From Candidatus Pacearchaeota archaeon (GTDB lineage: Archaea; Nanobdellota; Nanobdellia; Pacearchaeales; GW2011-AR1), in assembly GCA_017609085.1 (NCBI GenBank), contig JAFCEO010000001.1:1-62953 (forward strand): a stretch of DNA of 62,953 nucleotides. Direction: 5' to 3'. The position numbers were made by a program, and so were the translations under genes. Below the pieces are notes generated by a model. The model had not been told where the DNA came from, did not search any database, and was given only the letters and a program-made list of their open reading frames with translations. Shown piece by piece: positions 15,532 to 26,375 of the stretch. Within the stretch, counting starts at the first letter, position 1. Every line of letters starts with the position of its first letter.

Positions 15532-17232
15532 ATGCCTTTAAAAAACGATTTTTTTGATATTAAAGAAAACATTGCGTCACTCCTTTCGGAACATATCTCT
15601 TTAGAGAAGGGGGAAATTAAAAATTTAATAGAGGTTCCTCCCAGTCAAGATTTTGGAGACTATGCGTTTCCTTGTTTTATTCTGAGTAAAATTTTAAAAA
15701 AATCTCCAAAGGAAATCGCTGAAATTCTTGCTTCTAAAATCAAATCAAGTAAGAACATTGAAAAAATTGAAGCAAAAGGTCCTTATGTCAATTTCTTTAT
15801 TAATAGGAAGTTAATGGCAGAAGAGATTTTAAAAATCAATGAGAATTACGGAAGAAAAAAGAAGAAAAAAGAAAAAATTATGGTCGAATTCTCTCAGGCA
15901 AATACACATAAAGCATTTCACATCGGGCACCTTAGGGGAACAAGTTTGGGGGAAAGTATAGCAAGAATTTTGGAATTTTTAGGAAACAAAGTCATTAGAG
16001 TTAATTATCAAGGAGATACTGGAATGCATGTGGCGAAATGGTTGTGGTGTTATTTAAAATATCATAAAAAAGAAAAATTAAAAGAGGATGAGAGATGGAT
16101 AGCCAATATATATGTAGATGCTGTGAGGAGATTGGAAAACGACAAAACAGAAAAACTTCAAAAAGAAGTAGAAGAAATTAATAGAAAACTCGAAAAAAAA
16201 GAAGATAAAGAATTGAATAAATTGTGGGAATGTACACGAAAAATCTCTCTCAAAATGTTTGAAAGAATATATAAAGAACTCGATACCAAATTTGACAAAT
16301 ATTTTTTTGAAAGAGAAGTTGAAAAGAGAGGAAAAGAAATCGCAAAAGAACTTTTAAAGAAGAAAATAGCAAAGATTTCAGAGGGAGCAGAAATTGTAGA
16401 TTTGAAAAAATTCGGACTCGGCGTTTGGATTTTGTTGAGAAAAGATGGTACTGTTCTTTATTCTGCCAAAGATTTAGCGTTAGCAGAAAAAAAATTTACT
16501 GATTTCAAAATTGATAAAAGCATTTATGTTGTTGGAGCAGCTCAAAAACTTCATTTTGAACAGCTTATGAAAACACTCGAAATTATGAAATTCAAAAACT
16601 TAAAGAATATTAAAATTATTCATTTTCAAGAAGTCAGGTTCCCCCATGGCAAAATGTCTTCAAGAACAGGCGAGAATATACTTTATTCAGATTTCAAATC
16701 AGAGTTGATTGATTACGCGAAACAAGAAATTAAAAAGAGACACCCAAATATATTCAAGCCAATTCTTGAAAAAAGAGCGTTAGATATTTTTATATCGGCT
16801 ATAAAATATTCGATGTTAAAACAAGATCCAAATAAAAATATTATTTTTATCAAGGAGGAGGCTTTTAATTTTGAAGGGAATACAGGGCCTTACTTGTTAT
16901 ATAGTTACGCAAGAGCATCTTCCATATTAAAAAAGGCAAAAAAAGTAAAGAAGAAAGTAAAATTCTCTAAATTAACGAATCAAGAGATAGCTTTGATTAA
17001 AAAAATATTTCTATTTCCAGAAATTGTTGAAAAAGCAGGACAATCATTGAACCCAAGTTTAATTGCTAATTACAGTCATGAACTTGCACAATTGTTTAAT
17101 GAATTTTACCATTCCTGTAGAGTTATCGGAGAAAAATCCGAGGAGTTTAGATTAAAACTTGTAGATGCTTTTAGGATCTGCATAAAAAATGCTCTTTATC
17201 TGCTCGGTATTAAAGTTTTAGAAGAGATGTAA
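15532..17232 (+). CDS. argS: Arginyl-tRNA synthetase
   Basis: 566 aa. HIGH-type AFHIGHLRG, degenerate KMSKS GKMSSRTG, C-terminal DALR-type anticodon-binding helices. Confidence 0.95.
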   Translation: MPLKNDFFDIKENIASLLSEHISLEKGEIKNLIEVPPSQDFGDYAFPCFILSKILKKSPKEIAEILASKIKSSKNIEKIEAKGPYVNFFINRKLMAEEILKINENYGRKKKKKEKIMVEFSQANTHKAFHIGHLRGTSLGESIARILEFLGNKVIRVNYQGDTGMHVAKWLWCYLKYHKKEKLKEDERWIANIYVDAVRRLENDKTEKLQKEVEEINRKLEKKEDKELNKLWECTRKISLKMFERIYKELDTKFDKYFFEREVEKRGKEIAKELLKKKIAKISEGAEIVDLKKFGLGVWILLRKDGTVLYSAKDLALAEKKFTDFKIDKSIYVVGAAQKLHFEQLMKTLEIMKFKNLKNIKIIHFQEVRFPHGKMSSRTGENILYSDFKSELIDYAKQEIKKRHPNIFKPILEKRALDIFISAIKYSMLKQDPNKNIIFIKEEAFNFEGNTGPYLLYSYARASSILKKAKKVKKKVKFSKLTNQEIALIKKIFLFPEIVEKAGQSLNPSLIANYSHELAQLFNEFYHSCRVIGEKSEEFRLKLVDAFRICIKNALYLLGIKVLEEM

Positions 17233-17343
17233 GATTCCTAATTAAAAACTTAAAGATACAAAACTCTCTCTTTTTTCGGCCTTTTTCTCGTTAATTACAA
17301 TTTCAAAGCCACTTCTTATTTCTCTTGTTTCTATTTTTTCTTT

Positions 17344-18168
17344 TTACTTCGTTGATTTAATTCTGCTTATAGGGTTCATATTGTTCCAAGATAGCTCAAA
17401 TAACTGCTCCAATGCAGGTGCGAAGAACTCTGTATTTATCCACACTCCCAAGTCATAGTTAGGATGGACCTTTTCATCATCCATCAACATAAATAAAATC
17501 TGTTCTCCATCAACAATCATGAATCTCGCTTTTAATCCATCCATGTTTCTTATTTCTGCAACTTTACTAAAATCTTTAGCAACTTTTAAATTCTGACTAT
17601 TTATTGGAGCTGCTATCCTTATCTTCACTCCTCTTTTCTTTGCTTTTTCTAGAGAAGGCATTAAAACCTCTAGTTTCCTATTTAATCCATCAGCTGTCGT
17701 AACAAGGGTTATTGTTTTTTTTGCCTCCCTTATCATCATATCCAGATGATTATATAAATTCTGTCTTCCTCTTAAACTTCCACTTAAATCTGCTGGTTGA
17801 ACGAACTTAACTCCTTGCGTGAATAAAATATTTAATTCTTTCAAAACATCGTCATCCTTTAAACTTTCTAACCTTTTACTTTTGTTCTGCGCTTCTATCA
17901 TTAGATTTTTCTTTACTCTCTCAATAACTTCTTCAGGCTTTAATGCAACAAATTTAATTGGCTTTCCGAGCTTCATTACAATGAATCCTTTTTTCTCTAA
18001 ACTTTCTAGGATATCATAAGTCCTACTTCTTGGAACATCACTTATATTGCTAAGTTCTCCTGCAGTACTAACGCCACGAGAAAGTAAAGCCGTCCATACT
18101 TTTACTTCATACAGATTCAAATCGAAAATTTTTCTCAATCTGCTTAAAAACTCCTCTTTCACAATCAT
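17344..18168 (-). CDS. TrmB-family transcriptional regulator
   Basis: 274 aa. N-terminal wHTH LYEVKVWTALLSRGVSTAGELS..SDVPRSRTYDILESLEKKGF followed by a TrmB C-terminal domain. Confidence 0.85.
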   Translation of the reverse strand: MIVKEEFLSRLRKIFDLNLYEVKVWTALLSRGVSTAGELSNISDVPRSRTYDILESLEKKGFIVMKLGKPIKFVALKPEEVIERVKKNLMIEAQNKSKRLESLKDDDVLKELNILFTQGVKFVQPADLSGSLRGRQNLYNHLDMMIREAKKTITLVTTADGLNRKLEVLMPSLEKAKKRGVKIRIAAPINSQNLKVAKDFSKVAEIRNMDGLKARFMIVDGEQILFMLMDDEKVHPNYDLGVWINTEFFAPALEQLFELSWNNMNPISRIKSTK

Positions 18169-18305
18169 TTTTTAACTCTTTTTTTACTACTTTGGTAGCA
18201 GGGAACTAAATTTTCCCATCTGTCGAAATTTTAAAGTTTATACAGTATTTAAATCTTTTCTTTTTTACTTTTATTTTTAATAAAAAATCTTAAAATTTGT
18301 AAATC

Positions 18306-21158
18306 TCATATTTTATTAAAAAGAATAATGATTTTTTTATCTTTTATTTTTTCTTCTACTTTGTTTTTGTATTTCTCTTCGTGTTTAATATCTTGAGCAA
18401 TTGTTATTTCAGAAGAATTCGTCCTTTCTTTTATAAAATCTTTTTGAGGTTCTATTATTCTTTTTAAGTTTTCATCAACAATTAAAGCAAGCTTGATTTT
18501 GTCTTTCTTAATAAATCCTTCTTTTTTACGAGCAGCTTGAACTTTTCTTGAAATTTCGCGGGCAAAGCCTTCTGACTCTAACTCAGGAGTAATTTTCGTA
18601 TCAAGTTCTACGTTCAATTTTCCTTTTTTAATTTCGAGTTTTTTCACATTTAATTGATTAGCAATTATCTTCTGTAATTCATTGCTTAAAGATTTATCCG
18701 TGCTGATTATAGCTTTTTTTAAGGGCCATCTTAATCCAATTTTAGCTTTATCTCTTTCAGAAAGACCTTTTTCAATAATATTTAAAACGACTAAAAAATC
18801 TTCTTCCAACTTTTTGTCAATTAATCTACTTTCTGGTTTTGGAAATTCAGATAAATGAATCGACTCCTCCTTTACAATTTTAGTTTTTCTCAATTCTTGC
18901 CAAATTTGTTCTGTTACGAATGGAGTTACAGGAGCGAGAAGTTTTAACAAACCAAGCCTAATTTTGTTTAGAACTTCATAAGTTTCTTCTTGCCTTTCTC
19001 TTATTATTTTAATATAAGTCTTTGACAAATCAACAATCAAAAAATTTTCAATTAATTGAACGACTTCTGAAAATTTAAATTTATTATAATTTTCTATAAC
19101 TTGTTTAACCAATGAATTAAACTTACTAACTATCCATTTATCCTCTACTTTAAGATTCGATTTTTTATTTTTTAATTGATCAATAAAATTATTAACATTA
19201 ATTAAAATTCTGAATGTCTTTTCGATTTCCTTAAACTCATTTTCGTTAAAAGCAAAATCTTCTCCTTTTGAAATTTTTGCAAAATAATATCTTAAATAAT
19301 CTCGCGAGTACTTTTTAATTATCTCGCCTGGAAAGATAATATTCCCTCTCGATTTTGACATTTTTCTTTTTCCTAAGTCCAAGACCATTCCATGAACAAC
19401 AATATTTCTAAATGGTTTTTTGTCAAATTTTATTTCAGAAAGAATTAATTGGGAGTTCCACCATCCTCTAATTTGGTCTTTTCCTTCGATATTTAAGTTG
19501 GCTGGCCAGAATTTCTTGAATTGTTTTTCATTTAGAACAGCCCAACTGCTTACACCCGAATCAAACCAAACATCCAATACTTCCTCGACCCTTTTCATTT
19601 TTCCACCACATTTACATTTTAGAAAAACATTATCAATATCAGGTTTATGAATTTCATTTATTTTTTTCTTCGATAATTTTTCTAACTCCTTAACACTTCC
19701 GACGACAATTTTATTGTCGCATTTTTCACAAATCCAGATGGGTAGGGGAGTTCCCCAGTATCTTTTTCTAGAAACAGGCCAATCAGAAATCCCCTCTAAC
19801 CAAGCTTTCATTCTTAATTTCATATAATTAGGAAGCCAGTTTGTTTCTGAATTTTCTTTTAATAACTTGTCGTGAATATCTGAAATCTTAAGGAACCATT
19901 GTGGTAAAGAAATCATTAATAATGGCGATTTACATCTCCAACAAAGAGGATAATCATGAGTGTAATTTAATTTATAGACTAGCTTATTTTCTTTTTCTAA
20001 ATCTTCAATAATTTCTTCGTCAACAACTCTTGCTTTTTTATTTGCATATTTTCCAGCGTCCTCTGTTAAAAGCCCATTGATGCCTACAGGGGAAGGCATG
20101 TCTAGACCATATTCTTTTCCCACCTCATAATCTTCTTTTCCATGACCTGGGGCGCAATGAACCAATCCTGTTCCTTCTTCTAAATTGACGTATCTTTTAG
20201 ATAACACTATTTTATAAGCATTCTTTACTTTTAAATTTAAATTTTTAAAAAGAGGATTTTCATATTCCCATCCTTCCATTTTTTTTCCTTTAAAAATTCT
20301 TTTGAGAGTATAACCTATTCCTAGCTCCCCCATAATTTTCGGAATAAGTTCTTTTGCTATAATCCATTTTTCCCTGTTTGAAAGCTCAATTTCTGCATAA
20401 TCAAAATCAGGATTAACCATCACTCCTGTATTTCCTGGTAAAGTCCAAGGGGTCGTTGTCCAAATTATTAAATAAGTATTTCCCTTCTTCTTCAGAGGAA
20501 ATTTTACAAAAATAGAAGTATCTTCTTGATTTGCATATTCAATTTCATTATAAGCAACAGCTGTCTCGCATCTAGGACAAACATGAATGGGGTATTTTCC
20601 TAAATACAAAAGTCCTTTTTTATCTGCAACTTTAAAACAATCCCAAATTTTTTCAATATACTCTTTATCTAATGTCAAATAAGGATTTTCGAAATCCATC
20701 CAAACACCCAAATTTTCAAATTCGTCATTCATAACTCCAATAAATCTTGTAGCAAATTCTTTGCATTTATTGATAAATCTCTTTACTCCATATTTTTCAA
20801 TATCTTTTTTTGATTTACTGCCTATTTCTTTTTCTATTTGAAACTCGATCGGAACTCCGTGAGTATCATAACCTGCTTTATCAAAAACATCTTTGCCTTG
20901 AAGCCTTTGGCTTCTCATGGCAATATCTTTAAGGACTTTATTTAAAGCTGTACCCATATGGATATGCCCTGTCGCATAAGGAGGCCCGTCCATCATATAG
21001 AATGGATCTCCTTTAGCATTTTTTCTTTTGCTTTTTTCATAAATTTTATTTTTCTTCCAGAACTTTAGAATTTCTCTTTCATGAGAATTTCTGTCCCGTT
21101 CAGATAATAATTTCTGAAAATCTGGTTGTTTTTTTGAATTGTTTTTATTTTCTTGCAT
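18306..21158 (-). CDS. ileS: Isoleucyl-tRNA synthetase
   Basis: 950 aa. PPYATGHIHMGTA (HIGH), KMSKSRGN, CP1 editing region TTTPWTLPGN, and Cys pairs CPRC, CWRC, CEKC. Confidence 0.95.
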   Translation of the reverse strand: MQENKNNSKKQPDFQKLLSERDRNSHEREILKFWKKNKIYEKSKRKNAKGDPFYMMDGPPYATGHIHMGTALNKVLKDIAMRSQRLQGKDVFDKAGYDTHGVPIEFQIEKEIGSKSKKDIEKYGVKRFINKCKEFATRFIGVMNDEFENLGVWMDFENPYLTLDKEYIEKIWDCFKVADKKGLLYLGKYPIHVCPRCETAVAYNEIEYANQEDTSIFVKFPLKKKGNTYLIIWTTTPWTLPGNTGVMVNPDFDYAEIELSNREKWIIAKELIPKIMGELGIGYTLKRIFKGKKMEGWEYENPLFKNLNLKVKNAYKIVLSKRYVNLEEGTGLVHCAPGHGKEDYEVGKEYGLDMPSPVGINGLLTEDAGKYANKKARVVDEEIIEDLEKENKLVYKLNYTHDYPLCWRCKSPLLMISLPQWFLKISDIHDKLLKENSETNWLPNYMKLRMKAWLEGISDWPVSRKRYWGTPLPIWICEKCDNKIVVGSVKELEKLSKKKINEIHKPDIDNVFLKCKCGGKMKRVEEVLDVWFDSGVSSWAVLNEKQFKKFWPANLNIEGKDQIRGWWNSQLILSEIKFDKKPFRNIVVHGMVLDLGKRKMSKSRGNIIFPGEIIKKYSRDYLRYYFAKISKGEDFAFNENEFKEIEKTFRILINVNNFIDQLKNKKSNLKVEDKWIVSKFNSLVKQVIENYNKFKFSEVVQLIENFLIVDLSKTYIKIIRERQEETYEVLNKIRLGLLKLLAPVTPFVTEQIWQELRKTKIVKEESIHLSEFPKPESRLIDKKLEEDFLVVLNIIEKGLSERDKAKIGLRWPLKKAIISTDKSLSNELQKIIANQLNVKKLEIKKGKLNVELDTKITPELESEGFAREISRKVQAARKKEGFIKKDKIKLALIVDENLKRIIEPQKDFIKERTNSSEITIAQDIKHEEKYKNKVEEKIKDKKIIILFNKI

Positions 21159-21369
21159 TTTATTGTTAAATTTTTATTATTTTTAAATTTGTCTCATAAA
21201 TATTTTTTCTTACACCCTACATTAATTTCTTCTTGTTTATTTGCTTTTTTTCTTGTGTTAGCCTGATACTTGTCTTATTCATATAGACCAGAGTACCTCT
21301 TTATAATTTAAATAAATCCTATGTGGTTATATATTAAGATAAGACTTTTTTAAAGGGATTTAAAAACAA

Positions 21370-21951
21370 TTACTCCAAACCAATTTCATCTTTAATTTTT
21401 TGCATTGCTTTAATCGCTATTTCAAAAAATTCATTTAACTCAAGGCCGGTTTGTTCAATCTCTCTTATAATTTCTCTGTTGCAATTTGCTGCGAAAGTTT
21501 TATCTTTAAATTTCTTTTTTAAACCTTTAACTTCCATATCACTTATTTTCTTGCCTCTCATAAGCGCATACGCATGTATTAATCCACTAATTGTCTCACT
21601 CGCTGCTAGAGCATGTTCGATCTTTTTTTCTCGTTTTTTATCTGCTAAAGCCGGAATTTCAGAATACCCATAAGCATGTGATTGAAGAATTTGAATAAAT
21701 TCGTTATCAAAGCCTTTTTCCTTCAAAATTCCTTCTGCTTTAATACAATGTTCCTTTAGATTTTCTTTAGTTAAAGCCCAATCAACATCATGTAAAAGTC
21801 CTAACATTCCCCAATATTCAACATCTTCTCCCAATCTTTCAGCTACTCCTCTCATTATAGCTTCTGATTCTAAATAATGATTCCAGTCAGATTGTTGTTG
21901 GGGCATTGATTTTAAGAGTTCAATTGCCTCTTCTCTTGTGATTGGTAACAT
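21370..21951 (-). CDS. HD-domain phosphohydrolase
   Basis: 193 aa. GLLHDVD and H..YG motifs. Confidence 0.75.
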   Translation of the reverse strand: MLPITREEAIELLKSMPQQQSDWNHYLESEAIMRGVAERLGEDVEYWGMLGLLHDVDWALTKENLKEHCIKAEGILKEKGFDNEFIQILQSHAYGYSEIPALADKKREKKIEHALAASETISGLIHAYALMRGKKISDMEVKGLKKKFKDKTFAANCNREIIREIEQTGLELNEFFEIAIKAMQKIKDEIGLE

Positions 21952-21975
21952 TTTAAGCTTATAATTTTTCTTTGT

Positions 21976-22680
21976 TTATTTTTCAAATCTTCTTAAAGCT
22001 TCTTCTTCTAAAAAATGAAGCTTTCCAGTAATAATAAAACAAAAAGGTTGCGAAATTTTTTGCTTTTTTAAACTATCGATCTTCCCGTATAGTATCTTAT
22101 TTTCTTTTGTTCCTAATTTAGAACATACAATAATCTTCTTAAAATTAATCTTCTTTTTTTCAGCTTCTTTTTTCAATCTACTTATTGCTTCTTCATAGCT
22201 CATACCAATATCAACCAATATTAAACTATGTGCTCCAATTTTTTGATTTTCTTTAACATACTTCATAAATTCAACTTCTTGTTTTGGCATACTTGCTGTT
22301 TTTCCAAATTTGTATAACTGCAAACCAGTTTCTGCTATTCCATCGAAGATAGAAGCAGAATGTATGACTTTATAAGGAATTTCTTCTTTTTCGCATTTCA
22401 ATATAAGCGATATGTGGGTGGTGGCTGCTAAAGCATTTCCATAAATTAATAATGCTATATCTTTTTTCTTAGCTTCATTTACAAATTCTTCATTCTCCAC
22501 TTTTTTTCTATTTAATTCTTCAATTTTCTTTCCTAAAAATTTTTCAAGTCTTTCTTTCTTGTAAGGAAAATCCACAGTATAATTTTCAAGATAGATTTTT
22601 TGACATTTTTTTACAACTTCGAAACCTTCTAAACTAATTCCCTCTTCGTTCAATCCCAGACCTATAAGATAAAATGTCAT
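21976..22680 (-). CDS. dph5: Diphthine synthase (Dph5/DphB)
   Basis: 234 aa. MTFYLIGLGL..GISLEG..V.K..KIYLENYT tetrapyrrole-methylase-like N-terminus typical of diphthine synthase. Confidence 0.85.
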   Translation of the reverse strand: MTFYLIGLGLNEEGISLEGFEVVKKCQKIYLENYTVDFPYKKERLEKFLGKKIEELNRKKVENEEFVNEAKKKDIALLIYGNALAATTHISLILKCEKEEIPYKVIHSASIFDGIAETGLQLYKFGKTASMPKQEVEFMKYVKENQKIGAHSLILVDIGMSYEEAISRLKKEAEKKKINFKKIIVCSKLGTKENKILYGKIDSLKKQKISQPFCFIITGKLHFLEEEALRRFEK

Positions 22681-22726
22681 TTTGATAAATAAAACTCTCC
22701 TTTTTAATTATACCTTATTTTACCTT

Positions 22727-22993
22727 TTAAAATCCATTTTTAATAAACTTTTTATCGTAACTTTTCCAAATGGATATTAAACATAAAATTATTATAAAAA
22801 ATAAGGTTAAAATTACCGGAACTTTAATTAAAAATCTACTAAAAGAGATAATGACAACAATCACTAAGGATATGGCTGAAAGAATAATAAACCACTTTCT
22901 TCCTGCTTGCAACTCATCTCTAGCTAACCAAGCTAGTAAGTAGCTCACTGGAAAACTTGCTAAAAGTATTAAAACATAAAACAATCTCCACAT
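22727..22993 (-). CDS. Small membrane protein (3 TM)
   Basis: 88-aa hydrophobic ORF with no motif. Confidence 0.4.
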   Translation of the reverse strand: MWRLFYVLILLASFPVSYLLAWLARDELQAGRKWFIILSAISLVIVVIISFSRFLIKVPVILTLFFIIILCLISIWKSYDKKFIKNGF

Positions 22994-23175
22994 ACAAAAA
23001 TTAATTCTTTATTGTTTTTAAATATAATGAATTAAAGTTTAAATCTACTTTTATCCTTAAAATAATAGACTTTTTTATTAATAAGGAAATTTTAAATAAA
23101 GTTATGTTACTATTAATATTGAGGATTATTTGATCCTTTACCAGTTTTAATATCGAATGATATGAGAATTAAAAG

Positions 23176-23967
23176 ATGAGATTCGCAGTAGTTTATTCAA
23201 GGAAAGATAAAGCTGGAATAAATATAGTTGAAAAGCTCAAACAGGTAGGTTTCATTCCACAAATTCCAATTATTGAATTAAAAAAAGAAACAATCTACTC
23301 GGAATTTTTTGAAAAAAAATATCCTGAACTTAGAAATATCGATTTTATTGTTTTTGCGTCGCGGCACGCGTCAAAAGAATCTCGCAAAACACTTTCTTTA
23401 CACGCTCCTGGAAACTGGAGGGGAGCAGATTATGGGGGGAAAGTAGGAAAAGTTTGTAAGACTTCAGCATTTATCTTGAAGTATCTTTTTCAACAATTAA
23501 ATAAACAAGCTGAAATAGAGAATCTTAAAGATTATGAAATAACCTTAGAGTGTACTCATCATGGTCCTTTAATAGATAAGCCTTGCTGTTTTATTGAATT
23601 AGGTTCAACAGAAGAACAATGGAAAGAGGAAAAACCAGCCAAAGTCATCGCTAAAACGATACTTTCTTTACAGAATTATCAAAGAGAGAACTGGATTCCT
23701 TCAATAGGTATTGGAGGACCGCATTATTGTCCCAACTTTAATAAAATCCAATTAAATAGCGAATATGCAATATCTCACATAATTCCTTCGTATGTTTTTC
23801 CATTGACAGAATCTATTCTAAAAGAAGCAATTAAGAAAACAGAAGAGATTGTCGGTAAAGTGATAATTGATTGGAAAAGTATGAAAAGTGAAGAAAGGAA
23901 AGAAATTATCAATTTAATAGAAAATTCAGGTTTAGAAATCAAAAGGACAAGCGAAATTAAAAAATAA
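23176..23967 (+). CDS. dtdA: D-aminoacyl-tRNA deacylase, archaeal type (DtdA)
   Basis: 263 aa. FASRHAS, LHAPGNW and ECTHHGP motifs. Confidence 0.85.
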   Translation: MRFAVVYSRKDKAGINIVEKLKQVGFIPQIPIIELKKETIYSEFFEKKYPELRNIDFIVFASRHASKESRKTLSLHAPGNWRGADYGGKVGKVCKTSAFILKYLFQQLNKQAEIENLKDYEITLECTHHGPLIDKPCCFIELGSTEEQWKEEKPAKVIAKTILSLQNYQRENWIPSIGIGGPHYCPNFNKIQLNSEYAISHIIPSYVFPLTESILKEAIKKTEEIVGKVIIDWKSMKSEERKEIINLIENSGLEIKRTSEIKK

Positions 23968-24804
23968 TTATTTATTTTTTCGTTCTACTTTTCTCTTCAT
24001 TAAATTAGAAAGTCGGGGCCACTTTTCTTCCAATGTTGGCTCCCTTTTCTGGAAAAAAATTCCGATTGGAATTTTTCCATTTTTGCTGTTGTAATCCCAT
24101 TCATCTGCTAACTCTAAAGCCCTTCGCATATCTCCTTTATTATCTTTAATTACATAAGTCAGTTTCCCAATTTCATTCATATCTTTATTAAACTGTAAAC
24201 AGGGTTGTATAACTTCAACAAAAGAAAAACCTTTATGTTTTATAGCAGCTTCTAAAATTTTAGTTGAGTGTTCTAAATTTAATGCGTATGTTCTTGCAAC
24301 AAATGTTGTTCCACTTACAAGAGCTAATTTTATAGGGTTAATAGGAACATTATGTTGTCCTTGAGGTTCTACTTTACTTTTGTAACCTTGTTGTGTTGTA
24401 GGAGTTGGTTGGCCAGTAGTCAAAGCAAAAGCTTGATTATCATGAACAACTAAAGTAATATCTGCATTATATCTTCCAGCATGAATAAAATGAGCCATAC
24501 CTTCAGCATAAGTGTCTCCATCACCTGCAAAACCTATAACACTTAAATTAGGATTCCCCAACTTTATTCCTAAAGCTGTTGGCAAAACTCTTCCATGTAG
24601 TCCATAAAATCCACTCACATTTATATAATCAAAAATTTTGGCATGACAGCCTATTCCGGTTACAATTGCGATATTGTTTTGTTTCAGTCCTTCTTTTATT
24701 AATTTAGCAAAGACTCTTTTTACACTTTCAAGTATCATAAAATTAGGACAGCCAGGACACCACGTTATTTCATTTTTCGTAGATAATCTCTCTTTCAAGC
24801 TCAT
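23968..24804 (-). CDS. 2-oxoacid:ferredoxin oxidoreductase, beta (TPP-binding) subunit
   Basis: WCPGCPNF Cys motif and TPP motif GFAGDGDTYAEG. The likely start is ATG 24804 (MSLKERL), immediately after the alpha-subunit stop. The track ORF extends to 24843. Confidence 0.9.
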   Translation of the reverse strand: MSLKERLSTKNEITWCPGCPNFMILESVKRVFAKLIKEGLKQNNIAIVTGIGCHAKIFDYINVSGFYGLHGRVLPTALGIKLGNPNLSVIGFAGDGDTYAEGMAHFIHAGRYNADITLVVHDNQAFALTTGQPTPTTQQGYKSKVEPQGQHNVPINPIKLALVSGTTFVARTYALNLEHSTKILEAAIKHKGFSFVEVIQPCLQFNKDMNEIGKLTYVIKDNKGDMRRALELADEWDYNSKNGKIPIGIFFQKREPTLEEKWPRLSNLMKRKVERKNK

Positions 24805-26318
24805 TTTATTTTCAAAATCTCCTTCTTTAATTCGTCTGAACAAAATGGCCTTGCATCATATTTCAATATTCTATTTTTAATTTTTATTCCCGTTTTCTCT
24901 CTAATTAGTCTTCCAAGTTGACCTGTAACATTATTCTCTATCAAAATTATATTTTCTGCTTTTAACAGCTCTTTCTTTATCTCGTCTGATAACGGCTTTA
25001 AATATAAAACCTGTAAAAATTTAAAATCCAAATCAGAAATGGCGTCTAGGATAGCTCCTTTTGTTGAGCCCCATCCAACAATAAGATTTTTGCTATTTTT
25101 ATTACCATGAATTTTTATCATTTCAAATTTTTTAACTTTATTTTTAATCTGTTGGTATTTCTTAATTCTTTTTTCTGCCCCTTCTGCAGTTAATCTTGAA
25201 TCTTCTGTCGTATTCCCTTTTGAATCATGTTCGTAACTGTTAGCTTTCACTATATCTTCTCCTGGAATTTTTCTTTTAATTTCTATTTTTAATGGTTTAC
25301 GAGGATTTCTGTCTGATGAAAATTCGGATTCGGCAAGGTGTTTATCGCTTAGCACTATTGATAATGTTCCAAATTTCTCAGCCAAATACATGGCTTCGTT
25401 TGTTTTTTCTATGCACTCAATTGGGTCGCCAGGCGCTATGACCACTCTGGGAAATTCTCCATGCCCCGCTCGCAAGGCAGAATCTAAATCCCCTTGGGAA
25501 GTGTAAGTAGGAACTCCTGTTCCAGGCCCTGGTCTCGAGCAATAATAAATAGTTAATGGAACTTCTGATTGTCCTTGCAAACTTAGAGCTTCTGTCATTA
25601 AGTCGACACCACCTCCAGAACTTCCTATCATAACTTTTGCTCCTGCAAAACTTGCTCCTAATGCAGCATTAGCCACTGCTATTTCATTCTCCGGAATAAA
25701 GACCATATATCCATATTTTTCTTGTTGCCCTGCTAATTCATGCAAAACACCAGTCGAAGGAGTCATTGGATATCCGATATATAAGTCAATTCCAGAATTA
25801 ATCGCTCCTTGAGCTATGGCTTGACTTCCAGTCATGATTGAAATTTTATTTTTTAATTTTTTTAATTTAAATTTTTCTTTTTGGCTTTTATACCCTCTCT
25901 CAGCCGCTTCACTACTTTTTTCGTTACGAAATCTTTTTTTAACCTCATCTATTAACAACTTCTTATCTATTCCAAGAACCTTAATTAAAGCTCCTGCAAG
26001 AGCGATATTCAGGTTTTTTCCTAAATTTTCAAACCCTTTATCTGTTATGATAAATCCCTCTCGTTTCAATTCTGATTTATGTTTTTCGATTGTTTTTTCA
26101 TCTAGAGCAACTATCCCATCTAACTCGCTTTCGTGACTTCCTACTTTTTTATCACTTATACTTAAAACATTAAAATTGTGGCCTCCCCGTATAAGAGAAG
26201 GGTAATCTCTATAATTAAAAGTAAAATAACCGTATTTTACTAAAACTGAAGAAACAATTCCAGACACAGCATTTATACCCTGTCCTGCTTTCCCTCCAAT
26301 AAGAACATTAAGTCTCAT
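24801..26318 (-). CDS. 2-oxoacid:ferredoxin oxidoreductase, fused gamma-alpha subunit (two-subunit type)
   Basis: 505 aa. N-terminal gamma-like LIGGKAGQGIN, then alpha domain MTGSQAIAQGA..GYPMTPST. Confidence 0.9.
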   Translation of the reverse strand: MRLNVLIGGKAGQGINAVSGIVSSVLVKYGYFTFNYRDYPSLIRGGHNFNVLSISDKKVGSHESELDGIVALDEKTIEKHKSELKREGFIITDKGFENLGKNLNIALAGALIKVLGIDKKLLIDEVKKRFRNEKSSEAAERGYKSQKEKFKLKKLKNKISIMTGSQAIAQGAINSGIDLYIGYPMTPSTGVLHELAGQQEKYGYMVFIPENEIAVANAALGASFAGAKVMIGSSGGGVDLMTEALSLQGQSEVPLTIYYCSRPGPGTGVPTYTSQGDLDSALRAGHGEFPRVVIAPGDPIECIEKTNEAMYLAEKFGTLSIVLSDKHLAESEFSSDRNPRKPLKIEIKRKIPGEDIVKANSYEHDSKGNTTEDSRLTAEGAEKRIKKYQQIKNKVKKFEMIKIHGNKNSKNLIVGWGSTKGAILDAISDLDFKFLQVLYLKPLSDEIKKELLKAENIILIENNVTGQLGRLIREKTGIKIKNRILKYDARPFCSDELKKEILKIK

Positions 26319-26375
26319 TTTATTTTATTCTGATTAAACTTTTCTAAAAGTTCTTTTTTTATTTTTTAAAGTTTA